DNA from: Planctomycetota bacterium
Lineage (GTDB): Bacteria; Planctomycetota; B15-G4
Assembly: GCA_038212275.1 (NCBI GenBank)
Contig: JBBQUR010000012.1
Span: forward strand, 32,001-96,000
Direction: 5' to 3'
Length of the DNA stretch: 64,000 bases
The position numbers and the translations under genes were made by a program. Positions 1 to 8,860 of this stretch are shown piece after piece (the first letter of the stretch is position 1; each line of letters begins with the position of its first letter). The notes beneath the pieces are model-generated. The model saw only the letters and a list, made by a program, of their open reading frames with translations. It was not told the origin of the DNA and ran no database searches.

Positions 1-929
1 GGCAGCTCGTAGTCGAGGATGTCCTGCGGTGTCACGCCGAGGTAGCTCGCGTGCGGCACGCAGAAGAAGCGGTTGAGGTGCGCCGTGTTGCCGCTGCCCA
101 CCTTCAACGTGCGGTAGATGTTGCTGATGCCGTACGGGTCGCAGTCCACGAAGGCGTAGACCGGGATCTTCTTGCCCTCGGCGAGGCGCCGGATGAAGCG
201 GCGCGTGGCGCGCGTCGGCACGCCGCTCATGCTGACGAGGATGCAGTTGGACGTGTCCCAGAAACCGTGCGCCTGCAGGCGCTGGAACATGCCGCCGGTC
301 TCGATGGCCAGCACGAAGGAGGCCTCGGTCTCGAACTCCAGGTGCTCCACGCTGTGCGGGATGCTGTAGGCGCCCGTGCCGAACTTCGTGCAGTCGATGC
401 GCAGCGGCGAGTTGGAGACCGGGTCGCGGTCGATGACCGTGAGTCGGCCGGCCACGGCGCCGCCGTGCTCTTCCGGGTAGTAGCGCAGCTGCTCGCGTGA
501 GACGCCCTGGATGGCGAACATCGCCTCGATGTCGTCCATCACCGCGTCGGACTCCGGCTGCTCGTTGAACTTGGCCTCGCCCCAGTTCTTGCTGACGTAG
601 TAGGCCTCTCGCTTCGTGGCGAAGGTGTCGCCCTCGATCATCTCCTTGGAGAGCGACATCATGCGCAGCGTCTGCGCGAAGCTCTTCACGGTGTTCACCG
701 TGAGCGTGCGCACCTTCTTCTGCTTGCCGATCTCGAGGAAGCCCACCTTCGGGTCGAACTTCACGTTGCTCAGCGAGCGCACCGGCGCGGACAGCTCCGG
801 CTTGCCGTCCTTGATGCTGTCGTCGTACACGTCGCGCGCCGTGCCGGCCAGGCACTTCAGCGTGTGCTTGTCCGTCGCGTCGGTGACGGTCTTGCGCGGG
901 AGCTTCTTGGCCTGGGGCTTGGGTGCCAC
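1..929 (-). CDS. top6A: DNA topoisomerase VI subunit A (Spo11-like), 3' end beyond window edge
   Basis: Not in the ORF track; translated by hand from GTG at 929 (GGAGG 8 nt upstream): MAPKPQAKK...FATKREAYY (catalytic Tyr region)...LAIETGGMFQRL (TOPRIM Glu)...FVDCDPYG (DxD); top6B nearby. Confidence 0.95.
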   Translation of the reverse strand, partial: MAPKPQAKKLPRKTVTDATDKHTLKCLAGTARDVYDDSIKDGKPELSAPVRSLSNVKFDPKVGFLEIGKQKKVRTLTVNTVKSFAQTLRMMSLSKEMIEGDTFATKREAYYVSKNWGEAKFNEQPESDAVMDDIEAMFAIQGVSREQLRYYPEEHGGAVAGRLTVIDRDPVSNSPLRIDCTKFGTGAYSIPHSVEHLEFETEASFVLAIETGGMFQRLQAHGFWDTSNCILVSMSGVPTRATRRFIRRLAEGKKIPVYAFVDCDPYGISNIYRTLKVGSGNTAHLNRFFCVPHASYLGVTPQDILDYEL

Positions 930-1007
930 GGTGCGTGCCTCCGGTGGGGATCCACACGGACTCTACGAAGCGTGCGCGGGCGACTCCACGCCCAACTCCG
1001 TGCCGGA

Positions 1008-1079
1008 CCATGCGCCGGGCCATGCGCCGGGCCATGCGCCGGGCCATGCAGCGGGCCATGCAGCGGGCCATGCAGCGGG
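1008..1079. repeat. 6 x 12-bp tandem repeat, (CCATGCGCCGGG)3(CCATGCAGCGGG)3, intergenic
   Basis: Read directly from the sequence between the 1118 stop codon and the top6A start. Confidence 0.95.
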
Positions 1080-1117
1080 CTGCCCGCCGGGCACCGCACT
1101 GGCCACGGGGGCATCGC

Positions 1118-2938
1118 TCAGGAGTTGGCGTCCGTCAGCGCGAGCACCGCGTAGGCCGTGCAGAGCGTGGGTGCGCCCTCGAACCAGCGCGCGGAGTCCG
1201 CGTTGATCCATGAACCGTCGATGCGCTGGTTCTCGAGCAGCTTGCGCGTGAGCATCTCGCGCCACGCGATGGGCTTGCCCGCCTTGTCGGCGAAGGCGTC
1301 GGGCGCGACACGGCGCAGCGTGCGCCCGAGGGCCAGATAGTAGTAGTACAGGCCCTGGCGCCCTTCCGTCTCCGAGGTGAAGCCCGGGTTGCTGTCGACG
1401 CTGAAGTTCTCCGCGAGCCAGTGCATGGCGGCGGCCAGGCGCTCGTCGTCGGCAGGCACGCCGCACAGGATGTACGACTTGGCGAGCGCGTAGGTCATCG
1501 AGCCGTAGGAGCGCAGCCGGTACACGCCCTCCGAGAGGTGCACCTCGCCGGCGTAGCTCACGCCGGGCAGGTAGAAGCCGCCGCCGTCGGTGCCGCCCAG
1601 CAGCGAGCCGCCCGCCGGCCGGATGCTGATGGCCGGTTCACCCGCGGAGAAGTTCTGGCATGACTCGAGGAACAGGAGCGCCTTGGTGAAGAAGGGGCTG
1701 CTGGCAGGTGCGCCGGCTGCCGCCACGGCCTCGATCGCCATCTGCGAGTTGGAGAGGTCGGGGCGTTCGCCGTCGCCGTAGCCGACGCCACCGTAGTAGG
1801 CGTCCACGCCCTGGTCGTAGCCGCGGCTCTCGTCGAACTGCCCGGCCATGAGAAAGGCGCGCGCCTTCTCGATGACGGGCGCGTCCTTTGCGCGGGCGCC
1901 GGCGACCAGCGCCTCGATCGCGACCGAGGTCGTGTACGTAGCGAGGCCATTTTCCTGAATGGAGCCGTCCGGCTGCTGCCTCGCGACGAGGTAGTCCAGC
2001 CCTTCGCCGAGCCACTCGGGCCGCGGTTCATGCCGGATGTCCGCGGCCGCCGCGACGGCAGTGAGGCACAGTGCGGTGATGCCCGGCTCCGGCTCCTCCC
2101 AGCCGGTGAGCTCGAGCCCGAAGGTGCCGTGCCGCTGGTGCCTGGCGAAGAAGGCGGCCGCCTCGGCCAGCGCGGCATCCAGCGGCAGAGCCGAGGCGAC
2201 GAGGGCCGGCAGGCCCGGCTCGGCGGCGTCGGCATCGTCGTCATCCACGCGGAACACTGGCGGCTCGTACAGGCCGTGCATCTGGATGGCGGTCTCGAGC
2301 GCGGCCATGAGCTCAGCGAGGCTGGCCTTCTCGTCGGCGACGGGGAGCGGCGGCAGCGCGTCGGGACGCACGCCGCGCAGGCGCGCCGCGCGGGCCCAAC
2401 TCGTCCAGGCGGCGACGTCGGTGACGGCGGGCTCGGGCACGGTGGACGGATCGGCCGCGGAGAGACACGCGAGCTCGGGCTCGGTCTTCGCGTCGAAGCT
2501 CGCTGCCGGCAGCTCGGTGCTGGCCGGGAAGGTGCGCAGGGCGAGCCAGAGGTCCACGTCGCTGCCCGGCGGCTCGGCGTGCAGGCGCTGCACGGCCGCA
2601 TCGTGCACTCGCTGCAGAGGTGCGGTGACTGTTGCGGCGAGGCCGAGCGCGACAAGCGCGTCCGGCACGTCGCCAGGCTTGGCGGCGGCGACACGCTGCG
2701 CCGCGCTGCGGTAGAAGGGGCCATCCAGCTCGGTGTAGCGGCGCGGGCTGCGGCCGAGGAGATCGAGCACGCGGCAGGTGTCGGCAAGGCCGCTGCCGTA
2801 GCTGCCGTCGCTCTTCTGCTCCGCGACGATCAGGCGGATGATCTTGTCGGCGGCGTGCTTGGGATTGTCCTGCGCCGTCGCGAGCGAGGGCAGCAGGAGG
2901 AGTGCGAGAGCGGCGATCAGCAGGGCGCGGGACTTCAC
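1118..2938 (-). CDS. Exported prenyltransferase/squalene-cyclase (QW-repeat, alpha/alpha barrel) family protein
   Basis: GTG at 2938 with GGAG upstream; signal peptide KSRALLIAALALLLLPSLATA-Q; QW-like motifs EQKSDGSY, RQQPDGS, NQRIDGSW; DLSNSQMAIEA, YGSMTYA, YYYYLALG. Confidence 0.8.
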   Translation of the reverse strand: MKSRALLIAALALLLLPSLATAQDNPKHAADKIIRLIVAEQKSDGSYGSGLADTCRVLDLLGRSPRRYTELDGPFYRSAAQRVAAAKPGDVPDALVALGLAATVTAPLQRVHDAAVQRLHAEPPGSDVDLWLALRTFPASTELPAASFDAKTEPELACLSAADPSTVPEPAVTDVAAWTSWARAARLRGVRPDALPPLPVADEKASLAELMAALETAIQMHGLYEPPVFRVDDDDADAAEPGLPALVASALPLDAALAEAAAFFARHQRHGTFGLELTGWEEPEPGITALCLTAVAAAADIRHEPRPEWLGEGLDYLVARQQPDGSIQENGLATYTTSVAIEALVAGARAKDAPVIEKARAFLMAGQFDESRGYDQGVDAYYGGVGYGDGERPDLSNSQMAIEAVAAAGAPASSPFFTKALLFLESCQNFSAGEPAISIRPAGGSLLGGTDGGGFYLPGVSYAGEVHLSEGVYRLRSYGSMTYALAKSYILCGVPADDERLAAAMHWLAENFSVDSNPGFTSETEGRQGLYYYYLALGRTLRRVAPDAFADKAGKPIAWREMLTRKLLENQRIDGSWINADSARWFEGAPTLCTAYAVLALTDANS

Positions 2939-3150
2939 GGGACTTCTCCACGGACAGGCGGCACGGATACGGGGCGCACGATAGCGCCTGCTCGACAGCG
3001 CGGACAACGGCTGCACCGAGAGCGCGGCCGCACCTGCCGGACACCGGCGCATGCGCGGGTGTCCGGCGGAATCCCGGATGAACGAATCGAGCTGCCGTCG
3101 CGGTGCCATGCCAGGACCGGTTGTGACGCTCCGACAGACGCCTGGTCAGG

Positions 3151-5001
3151 TCACGCCAGCTTGCGGCTCTTCTCCAGCGTGTCGCGCAGCTTCTCGATCA
3201 CGGCGTCCTTCTCGGTGTCCTTGAGCGCGAGGATCTCCTGCAGCGCTTCGCCGATGTGGGGGATGTACTTGTCGATGTAGCCGCGCTTCTTCAGCTCGTC
3301 GGCGATGCGCGAGCGGCGGCGCAGGAAGATCTGCATCTGCCGGCCGCATTCCTGGAGGGCGAGCTTCAGCTCGTCGATGATCTCGGGATAGCTGGCGACG
3401 GCTTCCTTGCTCTCGGAGGTGAACGGCACCCAGACCGAGGCGATGTGCACCATGAGGATCACGGGGCCGACCGGCATCGAGTCGCGCGGCTGCATGAGGC
3501 CGTAGCGCTTCCAGTCGACGTCGAGCACGGCCTTCGTGATCGCGCAGCCGCCGCCCTGATGCTGCAGCGGCACGCGGTTGGCGAAGCGCATCAGGCGGCC
3601 GGGCTCGTCGGCGGGCAGCGAGCCGCCGAGCGCGCAACCGACCTCGACCTGAAAGGGGTTGCCGCGATACACCGACGGCGCGCGCGTCCGCGACACGAAG
3701 AACTCCGCCTCGCCGATCTCCTTCTCGAGGCCCTTCTTGATGAGCTCCTCGCCGATGGGCGAGACGCAATCCGTCGGCGGATTCATGAGCTTCGTCGCGG
3801 CGATCGCCTTGTAGAGCGCTTCGGCGGACTTGTGCTCCAGCGACTTCACGCGGGCGTCCGGGTCCACGCCGGCCGCCTCGCATATCTCGCGCGCCACGCG
3901 CGTGCTGACGCGCGAGAAATCATTGCTGAGGAAGGCCGAAAGCCGCGTGCTCGCGGTGGCCTTCATCATCTTCATGAGGAAGCCGAGCTCGACCCCGTGC
4001 GGATGCGGCTTGATCTCCTTGGGCAACGTCGGCAGATCCTTCGTCGCGCGTTCGTAGACCACCGGCGGGACGAGCGGCCCCTGGTCCGCGGGCCAGTAGG
4101 AAATCTTCGCGTGCGGATTGGCGATGGCCACCTGCGCGAGGAATTCGTCCACGCTGCCCTTGCCCTTGCGATACTCGGCCTCCAGCTCGATGGTGACCTC
4201 GGTGCCGTGCTCGCGGTCCCACTCGAAGGGGCGCGGCGGGCGCGGCCGCACCGGCGCGTTCTTCGCCGTGTCGATGCGCAGCGCGATGTCCAGCGCCTCA
4301 TGCTGTTTGCCGATGCGCGACTTGATGATGGTGGGCGCGCCGGTGGTCATCTGCCCGTACATGCCCGCGGCCGAGATGCCGATGCCCTGCTGCCCGCGGC
4401 TCTGCCGCAGCCGGTGGAATTTGCTGCCGTAGAGCAGCCTCGCGAAGACGTTGTCGATCTGCTCGGGCACGATGCCCGGCCCGTTGTCGCCGACGATCAC
4501 GCGAAAGCGGTTCTCGATCTTCGGCACCTGCTCGATGCGCACCGTGATGTCCGGCAGGATCTCCGCTTCCTCGCAGGCGTCGAGCGAGTTGTCGACCGCT
4601 TCCTTCACGGTGGTGAGCAGCGCCTTGCGCTTGCTGTCGAAGCCGAGCAGGTGCCGGTTCTTGGCGAAGAACTCGCTGACCGAAATCTCGCGCTGCTTCT
4701 CCGCGAGTTCGTGCGCCTTGGTGCGCCCGCCGCTCTTCGGATCCTTCCGCTCGTCGCTTGCGGTCGCGGCCTGCGAGGCACGCTTTGCGTCGCCCGTCGC
4801 GTCACGTTTCGCGTCGGACTTCGCGTCGGACTTCGTGTCGCGCTTTGCAGCATGGGCTGCGCCGCCCGCGGTGCCGCCGCTTGGGATGTCGTCGTCGGTG
4901 CCGAGGTCGTCGACGCTGTCGAACAGACCGGCCTGCTGCGGGGGCTTCGAACTCAAGTGCTTGCCTTTCAAGGTGTTATGAATGACTTCCCGGAGGCGCA
5001 A
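3151..5001 (-). CDS. top6B: DNA topoisomerase VI subunit B (start codon uncertain)
   Basis: QREISVSEFFAKNRHLLGFD, GHKL motifs KEAVDNSLDA, DNGPGI, QSRGQQGIGISAA; RFANRVPL and VPFTSESKEA transducer motifs. Confidence 0.96.
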   Translation of the reverse strand: MRLREVIHNTLKGKHLSSKPPQQAGLFDSVDDLGTDDDIPSGGTAGGAAHAAKRDTKSDAKSDAKRDATGDAKRASQAATASDERKDPKSGGRTKAHELAEKQREISVSEFFAKNRHLLGFDSKRKALLTTVKEAVDNSLDACEEAEILPDITVRIEQVPKIENRFRVIVGDNGPGIVPEQIDNVFARLLYGSKFHRLRQSRGQQGIGISAAGMYGQMTTGAPTIIKSRIGKQHEALDIALRIDTAKNAPVRPRPPRPFEWDREHGTEVTIELEAEYRKGKGSVDEFLAQVAIANPHAKISYWPADQGPLVPPVVYERATKDLPTLPKEIKPHPHGVELGFLMKMMKATASTRLSAFLSNDFSRVSTRVAREICEAAGVDPDARVKSLEHKSAEALYKAIAATKLMNPPTDCVSPIGEELIKKGLEKEIGEAEFFVSRTRAPSVYRGNPFQVEVGCALGGSLPADEPGRLMRFANRVPLQHQGGGCAITKAVLDVDWKRYGLMQPRDSMPVGPVILMVHIASVWVPFTSESKEAVASYPEIIDELKLALQECGRQMQIFLRRRSRIADELKKRGYIDKYIPHIGEALQEILALKDTEKDAVIEKLRDTLEKSRKLA

Positions 5002-5060
5002 ACCGCACCCTAGCGGCCGGCCGTGCGCCGTTCAAGCGCGACGGCGTTCCGAGCCGCGGA

Positions 5061-6422
5061 TCACTTCCCCGTGTAACCCAGCGCCTGCAGTCGCTCCTGC
5101 GCGTCGTCGGGCAGCAGGGCGGGCTGAGGAGCAGCGCTGCCGACGGCGCGCTTGCGCGACGTGTCCAGCCAGCGCGTGAAGTCCGCAGCAAAATCCGGCG
5201 GCACCTGCCCCTCGCGACGGAGGACGCGCAGGGCATCCCGCGAGAAGGCGAGCTCGCCGAAGGCCTCGATCGGCGCGCCGGCGTCGTCCGACGGCGGCGG
5301 AAGCGCGCGATATGAGAGGTAGGTGCGTCCCGGCACGGCGAGGCTGGCGCCGCCCGACGCCAGCAAGTCGATGCCGTCGATGTCGGCGGGCGCCGCGACG
5401 CCCGCGCGCGCGAGCAGCGTCGGCAGCAGGTCCACGAGGCCGACGCGCTCGGCGACGCGGCCCGCGCTTCCCGCGCCCTCGACGACGAGCGGCACGTGCA
5501 GCAGCGCGTCGGTCATGCCGACGCCGTGGAGATACGCGCCGTCCTCGCCTTCGCCGAAGGCCTCGCCATGATCGGCGGTGAGCACCGTGAGCAGCGGCCT
5601 GTCGCCCAGGAACTCGTCGGCGAGTTTCCGCAACCGAGCCAGGCTTGCGTCGAGGTGCCGGATCTCGCCGTCGTAAAGGGCGATGACCCGGGCCTTGTCC
5701 TCCGGCGCGAGGCGCTCGTCGACGTGCAGGCCGCGCAGTGCGACGAAGGCTTCGGCTGAGCCGTCGAAGGGGCCGGCGTATTCCGGCGCGCCCTCGTCGC
5801 GGTACACGGCGGGCGGATCGTAGGGGACGTGCGTGTCCATGAGGTGCACGTAGAGGAAGAGCGGGCGGCCGTCGGCGGGGCGCGTGCTCAGCAGCGCCTC
5901 GACCTTGTCGATGACGACCTCGGAGGCGATCTCCGGCTTCCAGTGGCCGACGTGTTCGCGCCCGCGCCAGCCCAGCGCGATGAAGTCGTCGAAGCCGCGA
6001 TCCACTCCGTGCGACGGTGACATGAGCGGGTTGGCGGAGACGGCGGCCGTCGCGTAGCCGGCCGCCTGCAGGAGCTCCGGCAACACGGGCTCGTCGCCGG
6101 GCACGCGCTCGCCCTGGCCGAAGATGCGGCCGGGCGCCGCGTTGCGCCCGGTAAACAGCGCGTGCATGGACGGCCGCGTCCAGTTGGAAGCCGCGGTGGC
6201 CGCGTCGAAGACGACGGCGTCTTGCGCCCACGCGGCGAGCTGCGGCGCCGTCGTCCGGTCGTAGCCGTACAGCTCGAGGTGATCGGCGCGCAGCGCATCG
6301 CAGACCACGAGCAGGATGTTCGGTGCGACGTCTCGCTCCGGCTGGCCGCACGCGGTCGTCCACAGCAGCAACGGCAGCAGCCGCCAGCGAATGGACCGCG
6401 CGCCATGCGGTGGCCTGCTCAC
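5061..6422 (-). CDS. Sulfatase-like hydrolase (alkaline phosphatase superfamily), probable lipoprotein
   Basis: GTG overlapping the upstream TGA (GTGA); PNILLVVCDALRADHL, WTRPSMHALFTGR, HLMDTHVPY, TADHGEAFGE, C-terminal LQALGY. Confidence 0.85.
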   Translation of the reverse strand: MSRPPHGARSIRWRLLPLLLWTTACGQPERDVAPNILLVVCDALRADHLELYGYDRTTAPQLAAWAQDAVVFDAATAASNWTRPSMHALFTGRNAAPGRIFGQGERVPGDEPVLPELLQAAGYATAAVSANPLMSPSHGVDRGFDDFIALGWRGREHVGHWKPEIASEVVIDKVEALLSTRPADGRPLFLYVHLMDTHVPYDPPAVYRDEGAPEYAGPFDGSAEAFVALRGLHVDERLAPEDKARVIALYDGEIRHLDASLARLRKLADEFLGDRPLLTVLTADHGEAFGEGEDGAYLHGVGMTDALLHVPLVVEGAGSAGRVAERVGLVDLLPTLLARAGVAAPADIDGIDLLASGGASLAVPGRTYLSYRALPPPSDDAGAPIEAFGELAFSRDALRVLRREGQVPPDFAADFTRWLDTSRKRAVGSAAPQPALLPDDAQERLQALGYTGK

Positions 6423-7789
6423 GGCTCCGAGATGAGCGTCTCGATGAGTTCCTCGAACTCGAGCGCCTGCTTCCTGTATGCGTCGCCGGTTGCCGGGCCG
6501 TTGTAGCCCGAGTGCACGGCGGCCACGCGGCCGTCGGCGTGCAGGAAGATCGTGGTGGGGAAGGACTTGATGCGGTCGAGCAGCCCGAGGGTCGCGGTGG
6601 CCTTCTCCTTGTTGGCGAGGCCGGCGACGAGCAGTGGCCACGTCACGCCGCGGTGCTCGGCGTAGCGGCGCACCTGCACGACGTCCGTGGCGAAGTCTCC
6701 GCTGCGCTCGAAGGCGATGCCGACGATGGAAAGCCCGTGGCTGCCGTAGCGCCGCTCGAGTTCCGCGAGATACAGCGCCTCGTCCGCGCAGTTGGGACAC
6801 CAGCTCCCGAAGATCTGCACGATGCGCGCCTTGCCGGCGAACTTCGGGTCCGCCAGCGAACGCCGCACGCCGTCCATGTCCGGGAACGCGACGTCATCCA
6901 GCCGCGCGCCTTCCTTCCAGTGCACCTGGTCGAAGGCGTCGGGCAGCGCGGCCGTGTCGTCGCGCCGCGCCGTCCACGTGTCGTGGAAGGACTCGCGCGA
7001 CCAGAAGTCGCCGGCCAATGTGCCGTCGGGCTGCCGGCGGGCGATGAAGAGGAAGGCGTGCGCGCCGTCGAAGCACGAGAGGCGCAGTCCGCTGCCGGGG
7101 GCCGCGTCGGCCGCGGCGCGCGTGTCGCCGGCCAGGTAGCGATAATCGCCGGTGGTGGTGAGGAAGGTGCCGCTCGCGACGCCGTCGGCCTGTTGCCGGA
7201 AGACGCCGACAGCCGGGTCCTCGTCCTCCGCGAACTGCACGGCCCAGCGCCCGGTGAGCGAAGGCGCGGTGGCCTTCGACGCGCCGGGATCCGCAGCGGT
7301 CATCGCGCCGGTTGCGCCGGTCGCGCCGGCACCCGTGCCCGCGATCGTGAAGCGCGGCCTGTCGCCGAGCTGCGCGTGGAAGGGGATGCTGAGGAGGGAC
7401 GTGCCGCGATCGAGCAACCACTCGCCGCGCAGCTCGCTGCCGTCGGCATTCGGCGTCGCGAGCAGGCGCGACGCGTAGTGCGGCATCGACAACTCGAGCC
7501 GGCCGTTCACCCAGCCGGTGTGCGGCACGGCGATCTGCTCGGAGCCGTTGACGAGCCACGCGGACCAGACGTCGTTCACGTCTTCGTCCGCGCCATCCCA
7601 GGCCGGCGTGCGCTGCAGCTTGAGTCCGAAGGGCAGCTCGCCGCCGGGGCACGCGAGCGTCGCGCGCCAGGGGCCACCGCGCAACGGGCGCCCGCGCGTG
7701 TCGACGGGAACCGCGGCGTCCTGCGCCGCGACCTGCATCGTCGAGCAGGGCGACAGCGCCAGCATGAGTCCGAGCAGCGAGATCAGCAT
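6419..7789 (-). CDS. TlpA/redoxin family thiol-disulfide oxidoreductase with N-terminal extension, exported
   Basis: Signal peptide; C-terminal thioredoxin fold with GSWCPNC and SFPTTIFL cis-Pro motif. Confidence 0.85.
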   Translation of the reverse strand: MLISLLGLMLALSPCSTMQVAAQDAAVPVDTRGRPLRGGPWRATLACPGGELPFGLKLQRTPAWDGADEDVNDVWSAWLVNGSEQIAVPHTGWVNGRLELSMPHYASRLLATPNADGSELRGEWLLDRGTSLLSIPFHAQLGDRPRFTIAGTGAGATGATGAMTAADPGASKATAPSLTGRWAVQFAEDEDPAVGVFRQQADGVASGTFLTTTGDYRYLAGDTRAAADAAPGSGLRLSCFDGAHAFLFIARRQPDGTLAGDFWSRESFHDTWTARRDDTAALPDAFDQVHWKEGARLDDVAFPDMDGVRRSLADPKFAGKARIVQIFGSWCPNCADEALYLAELERRYGSHGLSIVGIAFERSGDFATDVVQVRRYAEHRGVTWPLLVAGLANKEKATATLGLLDRIKSFPTTIFLHADGRVAAVHSGYNGPATGDAYRKQALEFEELIETLISEP

Positions 7790-7836
7790 GCGCACGTCAT
7801 ATCACGCACGGCGGCGAGGCGGCAGCGCGCAGGCGT

Positions 7837-8715
7837 TCAGGGTTCGGCAGCCGACAGCGCCGCGGGCAGCACGGGCGTGCCGACGAGGCCGTGGCGATGC
7901 GCGAGGAAGCCGAAGGCCGCAAGCCCGGCGCGTTCGGCGGGCCCGAGGTCGTAGCCGATGCACTCCTGCAGGTATGCCCTGCAGGCGGGGGCCGGCAGGC
8001 CGCTCCGGGCCGCGAAGGCCTCGGCCAGCGCGTCGCGCTGCGGAAGGCCGGCAGCGCGCGCCGCGAGCAGGCGCGCATGCAGCGGTTGCGGGGGGACGTC
8101 CGGGCGCGCGAGCCACAGCGCGTAGACGAAGGGCAGGCCGGTGTGTGCCGTCCAGACCGTGCCGAGGTCCAGCGCGAACCAGCCCCTGTCCAGGCGCGAC
8201 GCGGCGCCGTTGCTGCGCGCGGCGCCGTTCGCATGCGGGGTGTCGGTCGTGAGGCCGTGCGCGTGCGCCGCCGCGAGGGCGGGGTCACCGATGCGCAGCA
8301 CGGCGTCGGCGTCGATGCCGGCCAGATCCGCATCCGGCGCGCACTCCGTCACGCTGAACCCGCGCGCACCGAGAAACTCCGCGAGACAGAGCTGCGCGAG
8401 TACGGCGGCCGAGCGGCTGCTGCTGTCCAGCGCCACGCGGCGCACGCGCTCGGGGGCGCCGCGCAGGAAGAGCAGGATGGAACGCACCGGCCCGCACGAG
8501 GTGATCGCCGGCCCGGCCACGAAGGAGAGCTGCGGCGCGCGGAAGAGTTCGACCGCCGAGACGAGCGCCGCGTCGAGTGCGCCCGCGCGCAGCCGGCTGA
8601 CGAGTTGCGCGGGCACCGCGCGCTCCAGCACCACGTCCGGCTGCGCATCGAGCCCCGCGACGAGCGGCTGCGCGTTGAGGTAGGGGACAGTGCCGAGGCG
8701 CAGCGGAGCAGGCAT
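7837..8715 (-). CDS. mqnA: Chorismate dehydratase (futalosine menaquinone pathway)
   Basis: LRLGTVPYLNAQPL, SSRSA, IGDPAL, DLGTVW..TGLPFVYALW; mqnC and mqnE also in window. Confidence 0.9.
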   Translation of the reverse strand: MPAPLRLGTVPYLNAQPLVAGLDAQPDVVLERAVPAQLVSRLRAGALDAALVSAVELFRAPQLSFVAGPAITSCGPVRSILLFLRGAPERVRRVALDSSSRSAAVLAQLCLAEFLGARGFSVTECAPDADLAGIDADAVLRIGDPALAAAHAHGLTTDTPHANGAARSNGAASRLDRGWFALDLGTVWTAHTGLPFVYALWLARPDVPPQPLHARLLAARAAGLPQRDALAEAFAARSGLPAPACRAYLQECIGYDLGPAERAGLAAFGFLAHRHGLVGTPVLPAALSAAEP

Positions 8716-8860
8716 CGCGACAGGCTAGCAAGCGGCCGCCCGGGTGCTCGCGTGGGAGTGCGGCGCGAAAAATCCGCGAACGAGGTGGCTCGTCGGCGCG
8801 CGACGTGTGTCTACAATCCCGCCCGACCTGTGCCGGCACCACTCTCGGGCGAGACGCGAC

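Noticed and set aside
857..1213. Short ORFs with HGP/PGHA/MRRA repeats
   Set aside because: Translations of the 12-bp intergenic repeat; they overlap top6A or the upstream gene and lack family motifs
1118..2938. Squalene-hopene cyclase call
   Set aside because: No DxDD motif in the expected context, signal peptide present, no hopanoid genes nearby
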